Source: a plasmid. From it: 64,000 bases of DNA. Below are positions 53,578-63,170 of this stretch, in pieces. The position numbers and the translations under genes are program-made. The stretch's first letter is position 1; the number at the start of each line of letters is the position of its first letter. The DNA is taken from sequence record NZ_CP040393.1; one strand, given 5' to 3'. The notes beneath the pieces were generated by a model. That model saw only the letters and a list, made by a program, of their open reading frames with translations, did no database searches and had not been told where the DNA came from.

Positions 53578-56382
53578 CTACAGGCCGTACTTGCGCTCTC
53601 TTTCCTTAAAGGCCTGGATACCGCCTTCCAGAATTTCGCAAACATGCTCCCTGATACCTCGGGTGTGCAAACGGCCAGAATCCTCCTGCGAGGTAAACGA
53701 GCATTCCAGTGAGCCAGTATAATATTCAAACCGGAACTCACTGTTCTCAATGCCCGATCGCTGCCCACTCTGGTTAGAAACAATCACGCATTCAGCATCC
53801 GTTCCAACGACGAGGTTGGCATTGTGCGTCACCATGATGATCTGCCGGTCAGCCTTTCGCTGCCTGACGAAATCATTGAGCTGGGAATAAATCGTCCGGT
53901 TATCGAGATTGTCTTCAGGCTGATCAATAAGTATAGGGTGCCGTGAATTGCTCAGGTGGAGAATCAGGTTGAGCAGTACAAGACCTCGCTTGCCCGGCGA
54001 CATCTGTACAATATCGTCGCCCCTGTAACGCACAGAAAAATCAATCAAGTAGCAGTCATCATAGAGGAAACTCAGTATATCAGAATCCTCAATGCCCTTA
54101 CGAAGAGCGGGTGCAACGCCTCCGTTTCTGAACCGGTCATAGATGCCTGCAATCGTGTCCGCATGCCGGTCGGCGGAAAATTCGTAGCCACCTTTCGTGC
54201 TGGCCAAATCGCCAAGCAGAAGGCTTATGTTTCCTCGTCGGTCAAAGCAGCCCGTAAAGCGATCAAACTTTTCAGCATTGAAAGATATGCGGGCAGTCAC
54301 GCTAATTTCGCCTTCCGGATGGTATTCAGGCTTGCTGAGTTCGTCCACGTAAGCCTGGTAAAGGCCAGTCAGGCGAGCATACTCTGTCTGGAGTTGGATT
54401 TTAGTATCATTACCTTCCTGTATAATGGACTGCCGTCGTTCAGATAACTGCTGTAGCTGTCTGAGCTTTTCGTTTTCCTTTTCCAGCGCAGCCGTGGCCG
54501 CTTTGAGCGTTTCCTGATCGGTAATTTTTACCGACAGGGGAAGCAGCGTTTCCTGCCTGGCAGCGCTTTCGGTGTCAATCCGCCTCAGCCTCGCAGGGAT
54601 GCTGTCAAATCGGGCCTCCTGGCGATCAATGAAGTCACTGACGGCTGCTGAAAGGCTAACCTCCAGCTGACGGAGGCTTTTCTCTAGAAAAGATGAATTA
54701 TCAGGCAGCGGAAAATCCAGCCTGAGTTGGTCGGTAAGGCTTTGTATCGAGCTACCGGCATAGCGCTCAAGGCTTTCTTTCAGGCTGCTACTGGCACCGA
54801 TAAGATCATCTATCGCGCGCCGACGGGAGTGAAGGTTGTCCGTGCGCTGCCTCAGCGCTATATACTGCTTTTCTTCGTCCGGCGTAAACGATGCCTGCTT
54901 CCTTAGCTGAGCTATCTTCTCCTCCTGCCGGCGGACTTCATCGCTCACAGCCTTTTCCGTGCCATATTTCTCCATTTCCTTACCGCAATCGCTATATTTT
55001 TTGCGCAGCTCGGTAAGATATTCAATTCTGGTTTTTATGACCCGTATAGCCGCTTCCCGCTGAGCGGCATTTTCCACTGCGAACGCTTTGAAAGTGTCCT
55101 TCTGATAAAGGATCTCCTCGACCAATTGATTGAGCTGGAACTGGCCGCTGCGTTCGGCAAGATGATTAATATACAGCTGCGGAATGAAGGTAACAGGCCG
55201 GCTGTCGTCACCATGCAGTGAACTTACTTCTCCGTTTCCCCACGTGACTTCAACATCGAGACTGTTAAGACCGTCATAGACTGCCTGTCCTGAAATCTTC
55301 ATTTTCTCGCTTACCTCACCGGCGTTGATAGCGCACGCCATGTGGTAAAGTAGCAGAGATTTTCCTGAAGACTTCCCACCGATGATCGCATTCAGGTCGG
55401 GACTGAAATTAACGGGCTCGCCTGAAAAAAGTGCTTGCCCGCTGCGGTCAGTGAAGCGGACGTGCTTAATATACTGATAGGGTGTTTTTGTATGGGGGGA
55501 CGTTTTCTGGATCCTGACGCGGGTGTGGTCGTAAAGCACCTGTTTTAATCCGGCAAAAGTAGGATCAGCTTTAATCCAGCAAAAACGGTCCTGGTCGGGA
55601 CGGAAAATTTTAGTCAGCCCATGTGCATCCGAGCCGTGAATGCAGGGGAGTAGCTTGCCGTATTTGCTGATGACGCCAGCTCTGCTGTCGCTGCCACGTC
55701 CCTGGAAATACTCACAATCCTGCGGATTACCTGAAAAAATCGCATCCACCAGACGATAGATATTCTGCCGGACAGCAAGAAGACCGTTGTCACGAAGCCC
55801 GGAGATTCCGTCTCCTGAGCTATTAGATGCGAGGACAATAGCATTTTCCCGCAGCCAGGTTTCACTCCTCAGCCAGTCTTCAAATGCGTCAAAAGAAGGC
55901 TTAAACTGATTAATGCCATCGCGAAGATTTTTTTCGGGTGAGGACAGCCCTGCCACCGCAATCCCCAGCTCAGTAAGTTGCTGATCGCTGCAGGAGTAAT
56001 TCTGCCCTCCATAACGAAAATGAAGCCGGCCCAGCGCATGTTTTATTTTGTCAACGTGACCAACATCTGCCGGATTGATAATGAGGTGAATATTCACGCC
56101 TTTATCTTTCTGTGTTTCTGGCGTAATGCGAAATTCTATATTAGGAAAAACGGCCTCAATATTGGCTATCCGGCCCTGCGTACGATATGCGAGCAGCCTC
56201 TCATACCCGGTAATGGTGCAGTAATCGGTCGCGCCCATGACAGCGATTTCGTCGCCAAACGCTTCAATCGCAGAAAGATAAGCATCCCAGTCATTCCCAT
56301 ATTGATTCTCAAGTGATGACTGAGGGGTATGTACATGCAGATCCCATTTACGCCAGTCTGAGCCATTCGGGAATCGCTTCAC
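53578..56382 (-). CDS. PHP-domain phosphoesterase fused to an ABC/SMC-like ATPase with a long coiled coil. It resembles the single-gene Ppl (polymerase/histidinol-phosphatase-like) anti-phage defence protein, annotated in databases as a TrlF-like AAA ATPase.
   Basis: N-terminal PHP metal-binding motifs (WDLHVHTPQSS.., ..HGSDAHG..), Walker A box AIIGGKSSGKS (~aa 333), a ~300-aa coiled-coil region, and ABC signature/D-loop and Walker B-like ILIDQPEDNLD...MVTHNANL at the C-terminus. Confidence 0.65.
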   Translation of the reverse strand: MKRFPNGSDWRKWDLHVHTPQSSLENQYGNDWDAYLSAIEAFGDEIAVMGATDYCTITGYERLLAYRTQGRIANIEAVFPNIEFRITPETQKDKGVNIHLIINPADVGHVDKIKHALGRLHFRYGGQNYSCSDQQLTELGIAVAGLSSPEKNLRDGINQFKPSFDAFEDWLRSETWLRENAIVLASNSSGDGISGLRDNGLLAVRQNIYRLVDAIFSGNPQDCEYFQGRGSDSRAGVISKYGKLLPCIHGSDAHGLTKIFRPDQDRFCWIKADPTFAGLKQVLYDHTRVRIQKTSPHTKTPYQYIKHVRFTDRSGQALFSGEPVNFSPDLNAIIGGKSSGKSLLLYHMACAINAGEVSEKMKISGQAVYDGLNSLDVEVTWGNGEVSSLHGDDSRPVTFIPQLYINHLAERSGQFQLNQLVEEILYQKDTFKAFAVENAAQREAAIRVIKTRIEYLTELRKKYSDCGKEMEKYGTEKAVSDEVRRQEEKIAQLRKQASFTPDEEKQYIALRQRTDNLHSRRRAIDDLIGASSSLKESLERYAGSSIQSLTDQLRLDFPLPDNSSFLEKSLRQLEVSLSAAVSDFIDRQEARFDSIPARLRRIDTESAARQETLLPLSVKITDQETLKAATAALEKENEKLRQLQQLSERRQSIIQEGNDTKIQLQTEYARLTGLYQAYVDELSKPEYHPEGEISVTARISFNAEKFDRFTGCFDRRGNISLLLGDLASTKGGYEFSADRHADTIAGIYDRFRNGGVAPALRKGIEDSDILSFLYDDCYLIDFSVRYRGDDIVQMSPGKRGLVLLNLILHLSNSRHPILIDQPEDNLDNRTIYSQLNDFVRQRKADRQIIMVTHNANLVVGTDAECVIVSNQSGQRSGIENSEFRFEYYTGSLECSFTSQEDSGRLHTRGIREHVCEILEGGIQAFKERERKYGL

Positions 56383-56760
56383 TGTTATCTCCTTTTAAAA
56401 AAGCCTATCAGAAATGGATACCTGCGATTACGCAACCCGTCATTACAGACCATAACCTAATAGTTGCCGCAGTCCTTTACAAGCGCATGAGCGTGACCAG
56501 TTTTGCTTGACCACTACATCAGGTTGATCGCAACTGCCTGCGCCCAGGGAGCTCTTTCCGACTTTGCCTTTTTTCGGATCTGTGCAGCGGGAACGCCGTC
56601 AGGGATATGAATTAAAAGAAATATGAATAAAACCATATCAGACATGATATTTGTCATTTTTGATAAAAGAATACCTGATATGATTTTTAACAGACTACAA
56701 ATGAATCATTCAGAATATGATTTTAACCCTTACCGCACATAACCAGACGGAGCGTGCAGG

Positions 56761-57030
56761 ATGAAAGACGAAGTGACGTTTTCACTCAGCTATGAGCAGC
56801 TGACCACCATCACGGAACGGTACATCAAAACATGTGTTCAGAATGCGACGGGTGCCTCCGGTCGCGAGGCAGAGGCTGAAATGGACTGGGCACGTGCCAC
56901 TCTGGATTACTGGTACCTGCTTACCCAGGCCGGAAACGCACCGGATGCCGTGGTGGAGGCTGATCGTCTGCGAATGACCGAAATAATCTGGCGCGCAGCT
57001 TCCGAGGAGGAACGTGCATGCCGGCAGTAA
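56761..57030 (+). CDS. Hypothetical protein (89 aa), first gene of a three-gene operon
   Basis: Good coding potential (~60% GC). It overlaps the next gene by 13 nt. Confidence 0.35.
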   Translation: MKDEVTFSLSYEQLTTITERYIKTCVQNATGASGREAEAEMDWARATLDYWYLLTQAGNAPDAVVEADRLRMTEIIWRAASEEERACRQ

Positions 57031-57692
57031 CCTCACGCCGGCCATCGCCGCTGCAGCGGAATATTCTGGTCGTGCTGGCCGCCCTCGATGCGAAACGACC
57101 GGGGCCGGTGGCAACCCGGGATATTGAACGGTTGCTGGAGAAGGGGGGAAGTAAACCGGTGTATGGGCCCAACCTGCGCGCCTCCTGCCGGCGTATGGAA
57201 GACGCGGGCTGGCTGCGCCTGCTACGCGCCCCGAACCTGCAGCTGGCCGTGGCGTTAACGGACACCGGCCGGGCGCTGGCCACCCCGCTGCTGGCCGCCG
57301 AGCAGGAGAAGGCCCTGGCCCGGCAGCGTGCCACCGATGTCCGGGTGCTGCCGCTGGTTCCCGCCGTTCCGGCAGGCAGCCCGGAGCCGGCCGGTGACGA
57401 TGTGCCGGTCTGCCTGGAAGGTGTCACACACACCGCGTGCCGGGGGGATTTTGTGATACGCCTCGACGGCACCACCTGCCTGCAGCTGCGGGACACCGGC
57501 GGGCGCGTCACCCGGCTGGAGGGCGATCCCCTTCAGGTGGCGGGCTGGCTGCAGGCCTGCCATGACGCCGGTATTGCTGTCGGGGTGCAGATCAATGAAA
57601 GCCCGGCGCCGGTGGAAGTACACCGGTCCCGACAGCACACATACGCCGAACCAGATGCAACAGACACGCTCCACGGGGAAGTGCGCACATGA
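57018..57692 (+). CDS. Hypothetical protein with an N-terminal winged-helix-like DNA-binding segment, a Pro-rich linker and a Cys/His-containing C-terminal domain
   Basis: LQRNILVVLAALDAKRPGPVATRDIERLL resembles an MarR/PadR-type recognition helix. It overlaps both neighbours (ATGA-type coupling at 57689). Confidence 0.35.
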   Translation: MPAVTSRRPSPLQRNILVVLAALDAKRPGPVATRDIERLLEKGGSKPVYGPNLRASCRRMEDAGWLRLLRAPNLQLAVALTDTGRALATPLLAAEQEKALARQRATDVRVLPLVPAVPAGSPEPAGDDVPVCLEGVTHTACRGDFVIRLDGTTCLQLRDTGGRVTRLEGDPLQVAGWLQACHDAGIAVGVQINESPAPVEVHRSRQHTYAEPDATDTLHGEVRT

Positions 57693-58477
57693 AAATTAGC
57701 GCAGTTATCAGGCTGGCCACTGTATGCGTCGTATTACTGGCCGGCTACAGGGTTTGTCTGGTCATCAACTGGGAACAGGCTATTCAGCGCAGCGGCCCGG
57801 CCGAATGGCTCTCCGCCCTGCTGAATCTGGTGATGGCCGGGGCGGCCGTCGCGGCCTATCTGACCGCACGCAGCTGGCTGCCCCAGCTGACCACCCAGGA
57901 AGGGTATAAGCTGGCGATACACCTGGTGAACAACGAACTCATCTGGCTGGGTGTCCGGAACCGGCTGTCCAGCGATGCAGGTATTGTGTTTGAAATCGCC
58001 CGGGAAGCCTTTAACGGCGGGAATATCAGTCCGGCGACGCAGGGCCATCTGGAGCAGGCAATCGCCAGGCTGGAACGCACCACGAAAGAGAGCCGGCGGC
58101 GTAAGGATGACATCAATGACGCGATATTCCGGATGAAGACCTACGGCCTCCTGGTCGCGAAGGACAGGGAGGCTCATATGTCAGAGATGCTGCACTACCA
58201 CGAGAACAGCATTGGATTTGCAAAAAAACTGCTGGCCACCATCAGGGACTATCATGACCTCAGGAGACAATTTGTCAGCCAGGATGTCTCTTTCTTCAGG
58301 CAGGAGAGAGACACCCGGCTGAACAAGCTTAAGGAGGATGATGCCACCATGCTGGCCTCCGCAGAAGTGGCGCTCAGAGGAGTATGCCAGCACGGAGTCA
58401 TGATGAAGGATGCTTACGCTGCGTTTAATGCCGGTGATCACCGGATAGGCAAGCTCTTCATCGTCCGCCGGGGCTGA
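57689..58477 (+). CDS. Hypothetical inner-membrane protein (two N-terminal transmembrane helices plus a ~190-aa cytoplasmic helical domain)
   Basis: Third gene of the overlapping operon. It ends 50 bp before the Tn3-type IR. Confidence 0.35.
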   Translation: MKISAVIRLATVCVVLLAGYRVCLVINWEQAIQRSGPAEWLSALLNLVMAGAAVAAYLTARSWLPQLTTQEGYKLAIHLVNNELIWLGVRNRLSSDAGIVFEIAREAFNGGNISPATQGHLEQAIARLERTTKESRRRKDDINDAIFRMKTYGLLVAKDREAHMSEMLHYHENSIGFAKKLLATIRDYHDLRRQFVSQDVSFFRQERDTRLNKLKEDDATMLASAEVALRGVCQHGVMMKDAYAAFNAGDHRIGKLFIVRRG

Positions 58478-58527
58478 CCGCCAATGATCCGCCCCGGGAG
58501 AACCGCATATTGACCATCCATCTGATC

Positions 58528-58565
58528 AGGGGTCTGACGCTCAGTGGAACGAAAACTCACGTTAA
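58528..58565 (+). repeat. Tn3 terminal inverted repeat (GGGGTCTGACGCTCAGTGGAACGAAAACTCACGTTAAG), outer end at 58528
   Basis: Exact match to the 38-bp Tn1/Tn2/Tn3 IR. The following ~60 bp resemble, but are not identical to, the bla-proximal IRR region of Tn3. Confidence 0.85.
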
Positions 58566-58728
58566 GCGATAGTGGCTGATAAAAGTTAATGGATCTTGTA
58601 GGGATCCTTTGAAAGGAGTTAAGGCCGCACTTTCATAGCCATAATGTGTATTAGCTTGGACATGATCTGGCATTTTTGATATCCAGATATGACAGTGGTC
58701 CTTCAACCATAACGGGATAGACATGGGA

Positions 58729-59058
58729 TTACACTCGTAGCCCATCTATACTTGTCTGTGGCAGATTCATTACTGTTTTAATGCATGCTTCAATGCAGTT
58801 AATGATGGATTCTCGTGGCCCGTTACGCCAGTCTGCGCTCGCGTAGAAGGAATCAAGAACCGTATTCATATTTCCAGCACTCTCAAAGGCTCGAATGAGA
58901 TAGTAGCAGTCGAGATCGTGCAGAGAATTACCAAACGACACGACATCAATTCCGTGGTGTCGATGAAGGGGAACGCTGATCTCCTGCATGATGGAGTGAA
59001 AAGCAGTCCCAGTGCCTTTGTGCAATGTGTATTGCAGTATCTCGACTGTTTTTTTCAT
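58729..59058 (-). CDS. NIPSNAP-like / dimeric alpha-beta-barrel small protein
   Basis: ~109 aa starting MKKTVEILQYTLHKGTG.AF. The pattern (Y.L..G....F..........H.....V......L.....Y.L..F.S..............A...W) is reminiscent of the NIPSNAP/Dabb family. Confidence 0.4.
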   Translation of the reverse strand: MKKTVEILQYTLHKGTGTAFHSIMQEISVPLHRHHGIDVVSFGNSLHDLDCYYLIRAFESAGNMNTVLDSFYASADWRNGPRESIINCIEACIKTVMNLPQTSIDGLRV

Positions 59059-59200
59059 AAATATTCTTCCAATGTTGAATTCCCGCACATAACTGATTTT
59101 CCAATTCTATAGCGATACCATCAAATAAAACTGTCAGATCAAGTCTGAGCTAATGAACATAATGATATCGAGCTTCTTAGCAGCCATTATCCTATTAACC

Positions 59201-60127
59201 TTATATTGTAACTTCATCCGTGTTCATTGCTTTTTCTTTCCTAACAACTCTTGTAATTCCTAAATTATCTGGAATAAGTATGCCATCTTGAGTAATCAGT
59301 AACTCTGTTCCAACTCTTTTTGTTGCTGCAGAATAATTTAATGGATATGTATAGCGCGCACAATTATTATACAATTCATTAATTTCTGGCGCATTATCAT
59401 AAGTTAAAAGCCATGGATGTTTTAGTCTAAAAATAGATTCAGATACTTTTTCATGATCTTCAACATTATAAAAGTTTGTATAGAGCAGTGAGCCTTTATC
59501 AAAGTAAGGAGGATCAATGCAAAACATTGATTTTTTTGGCAAGCACTCATCAATTTCATTCATAAAATCGATAGCGTCTTTGTTATACAAATGAATTCTA
59601 TGCTTGTATTTTTCTACTCTTTTAATCCGGTCTATTAACCCTTTCTTATTGAACCGACAATCTAAGGAGTACTTACTTTTCTGTTCTAAACCACCAATAA
59701 CTCCAGCTTTTAAAATGATTCCTGAACGATTTGTCCGGTTCAGAAAAAATGAAGAAAAACCCAACTCAAAATCATTGTAGTTATCTTTATTGTTTTGTAT
59801 ATATCTTTGCTTGTGCCATTCTTCAATAGTAACCGAGGTTTCCATTATTTTATCAATGAACTGTTCTGTGTTATTAAGTATACTATACCAGAATGACCAA
59901 ACTGAGCGGTCAAGATCGTTTAAGTGTATTTCATGTATATATTGTTTGAATAATAATGACAAAGCAAGTCCGCCCCCCCCAGCATAGGGTTCTGCATAGT
60001 GCCCGCCAGTGAGGTTGTTTGAGCAAATTATAGCCGAAATCATATCCTGAATTGCGGCTTTCCCTCCTGGATATCGTAATGGTGACGGAGTTGCTGACAT
60101 GGTCTTTCCCTGTGAAAATAGATTCAT
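59201..60127 (-). CDS. Dam-family (D12-class) N6-adenine DNA methyltransferase
   Basis: SAM-binding motif I (AEPYAGGGG) and catalytic motif IV DPPY. 308 aa, ~33% GC. Confidence 0.8.
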   Translation of the reverse strand: MNLFSQGKTMSATPSPLRYPGGKAAIQDMISAIICSNNLTGGHYAEPYAGGGGLALSLLFKQYIHEIHLNDLDRSVWSFWYSILNNTEQFIDKIMETSVTIEEWHKQRYIQNNKDNYNDFELGFSSFFLNRTNRSGIILKAGVIGGLEQKSKYSLDCRFNKKGLIDRIKRVEKYKHRIHLYNKDAIDFMNEIDECLPKKSMFCIDPPYFDKGSLLYTNFYNVEDHEKVSESIFRLKHPWLLTYDNAPEINELYNNCARYTYPLNYSAATKRVGTELLITQDGILIPDNLGITRVVRKEKAMNTDEVTI

Positions 60128-60151
60128 ATCAATTTATTGTAAAGCAGTTGG

Positions 60152-61489
60152 TTACTTATGGCCAGAGTTAGTATTGAATATTTTATTCAACATAAACAAC
60201 AGGATATGCGAAATATTATCCCAGTGGACTTTCAACGCAGTTGGATCCGGATAGAAACCAGCATGGGCATTTGCTCCAAGCGTTTTTGGAGATAATGGAT
60301 TAGTAGTATCAGTCTTAACTCTTTTCAGAGCTTCGAGTGCTTTTTTTTCATTTTTAGTGAGGTTGCTTTTATCTTCTTCTATCTTATTTATTATTTTATC
60401 CATAACAACATGTTCAGCCATTCCTTCTGGGTAGTTTCCATAAATTTTTTCATAGGTTAATGCGTATATATTTTCCAGAAATGTTCTGCATACAACCGAA
60501 GATGCCAGAGTGTACTCTGAGCATTCAAGTGATCTAAGTTCATCAAATACTCTTTTTAATATAGGATCAGGAATATTTACCTTGAAATCAGAAGGTATAA
60601 TGTATTTTCTATTATTCGGACTTTGATTGTTTTTCCCCTTTTTGCTTATTGTGTTGTCTTTACTGGCATTCTTGCTATTTTCTGAGCTAAAAAGAATTGA
60701 TGGTTCACAATGTCCTCGAGGAGCAACTCCTTCCGACCTAAGTTGTTTCGCATAACTTTCCCAGTCTTCTTTCTTTGATCTTGATGTTACCTTACTTTCA
60801 CTGTTTATTAAATCATTAATGAATCGTTCGAGAACTTTATCAAACTCATCTCTCGGGACGTCAATCATTACATTAGGTTCTGAACGACCAGTCTTAATAC
60901 CCATAGTTGATCTGAATACAGGATTACCTAAGAACCTTGATGCTGTAGTCAGAATACCATCACGTTTTTGCTTCGAAATATATCCTTTAGATTCTGCATA
61001 ATCTAATAATTTTAACGCTAACGTATTATCGGACGAGCCAAAATGTCTTGTTTTTTGAGTTGCATTCCAGGTAAGAAGTCCCGCACCATCCTGTTCCCCA
61101 TTATGACGCAATTCGATCCATTTATTTGCATCCTCTCTGTTAGGGAATAATATACATTCAACCGCGTCCGGAATGATATCGTTGTCTTCAGCGAGTTTTC
61201 TGAAATAAGATCTTTCATTTTCTGGACATAAATCAGGATCATTAAGAAGGGTTAATGCACAAACCCGCCGGTTTCCCTCAAGTGCGATAAAGTGTCCACT
61301 GTCGTCCTCCATCACTGCCAGCGATTCCAGTGGACTTGTCCCATTCTCGGCTATACTTTTAGCCAGCACCTTCACCTTTTCATTTTGAACAAGATAATTA
61401 ATTATTTCCATTCGATTATTAATAGGGTCGTGCCGAGGGTTTTTGCTGTCTAAATATAAATCTAAAACATTAACTAAAATACGTTTCAT
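60152..61489 (-). CDS. ParB/Srx-fold (ParB-like nuclease N-terminal domain) protein with an uncharacterised ~300-aa C-terminal region
   Basis: N-terminal HFIALEGNRRVCA matches the ParB-nuclease GxRR motif. Low GC. 24 bp downstream of the methyltransferase gene on the same strand. Confidence 0.55.
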   Translation of the reverse strand: MKRILVNVLDLYLDSKNPRHDPINNRMEIINYLVQNEKVKVLAKSIAENGTSPLESLAVMEDDSGHFIALEGNRRVCALTLLNDPDLCPENERSYFRKLAEDNDIIPDAVECILFPNREDANKWIELRHNGEQDGAGLLTWNATQKTRHFGSSDNTLALKLLDYAESKGYISKQKRDGILTTASRFLGNPVFRSTMGIKTGRSEPNVMIDVPRDEFDKVLERFINDLINSESKVTSRSKKEDWESYAKQLRSEGVAPRGHCEPSILFSSENSKNASKDNTISKKGKNNQSPNNRKYIIPSDFKVNIPDPILKRVFDELRSLECSEYTLASSVVCRTFLENIYALTYEKIYGNYPEGMAEHVVMDKIINKIEEDKSNLTKNEKKALEALKRVKTDTTNPLSPKTLGANAHAGFYPDPTALKVHWDNISHILLFMLNKIFNTNSGHK

Positions 61490-61513
61490 ACACCCCTCCA
61501 GAGTAAAATACTA

Positions 61514-62224
<711 letters not shown>

Positions 62225-62995
62225 ATGCCCGTTGATTTTTTGACCGCTGAGCAGGCTGAGAGTTATGGTAGATTCACCGGCGAACCAGATGAACTTCAGC
62301 TGGCGCGTTATTTTCATCTTGATGAAGCGGATAAAGAATTTATCGGGAAAAGCCGGGGCGATCACAATCGGCTTGGTATTGCCCTGCAAATCGGGTGCGT
62401 GCGTTTTCTGGGCACTTTTCTTACTGACATGAATCATATTCCTTCCGGCGTCCGGCATTTTACCGCCAGACAGCTCGGGATTCGTGACATCAACGTTCTT
62501 GCAGAATACGGTCAGAGGGAAAATACCCGCCGTGAGCATGCAGCACTGATACGTCAGCACTATCAGTATCGTGAATTTGCCTGGCCCTGGACATTTCGCC
62601 TTACCCGTCTTTTATATACCCTGAGCTGGATAAGCAACGAACGTCCAGGCCTGCTTTTCGATCTGGCTACAGGGTGGCTTATGCAACATCGTATTATTCT
62701 CCCCGGAGCCACCACGCTGACCCGGTTGATTTCAGAAGTAAGGGAAAAGGCGACGTTGCGCCTGTGGAATAAACTGGCACAGATACCGTCAGCCGAACAG
62801 CGTTCACAGCTGGAGATGCTGCTGGGGCCAACTGATTACAGCCACCTGTCTTTACTGGAATCACTGAAAAAAGGTCCTGTGACCATCAGTGGTCCGGCGT
62901 TTAATGAAGCAATTGAACGCTGGAAAACTCTGAACGATTTTGGCCTGCATGCTGACAACCTGAGTAATCCCATTAAGTGTAACAATACCTGTGTT
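62225..62995 (+). pseudogene. tnpA: Tn3 transposase TnpA, N-terminal ~257 aa; the reading frame continues to 63103 into unrelated sequence
   Basis: MPVDFLT.EQ.ESYGRFTGEPDELQLARYFHLDEADKEFIGKSRGDHNRLGIALQIGCVRFLGTFL... is identical to Tn3 TnpA up to ..FGLHA.NLS, then diverges. Confidence 0.85.
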
Positions 62996-63170
62996 TTACA
63001 GGTATACACCAAAGTGACAGGTTGGCGCGCTTGTCCCACCCTCTACTCAAAAACAATTCCTGAAAAAACAACTGCACAGAATACTTGTGTATTACATTTG
63101 TAATGCTATAGTCGTACCTTAACATTACATATGTGGTCTGTTTGTATTTCAATTTCATAAGGAAACGGGC

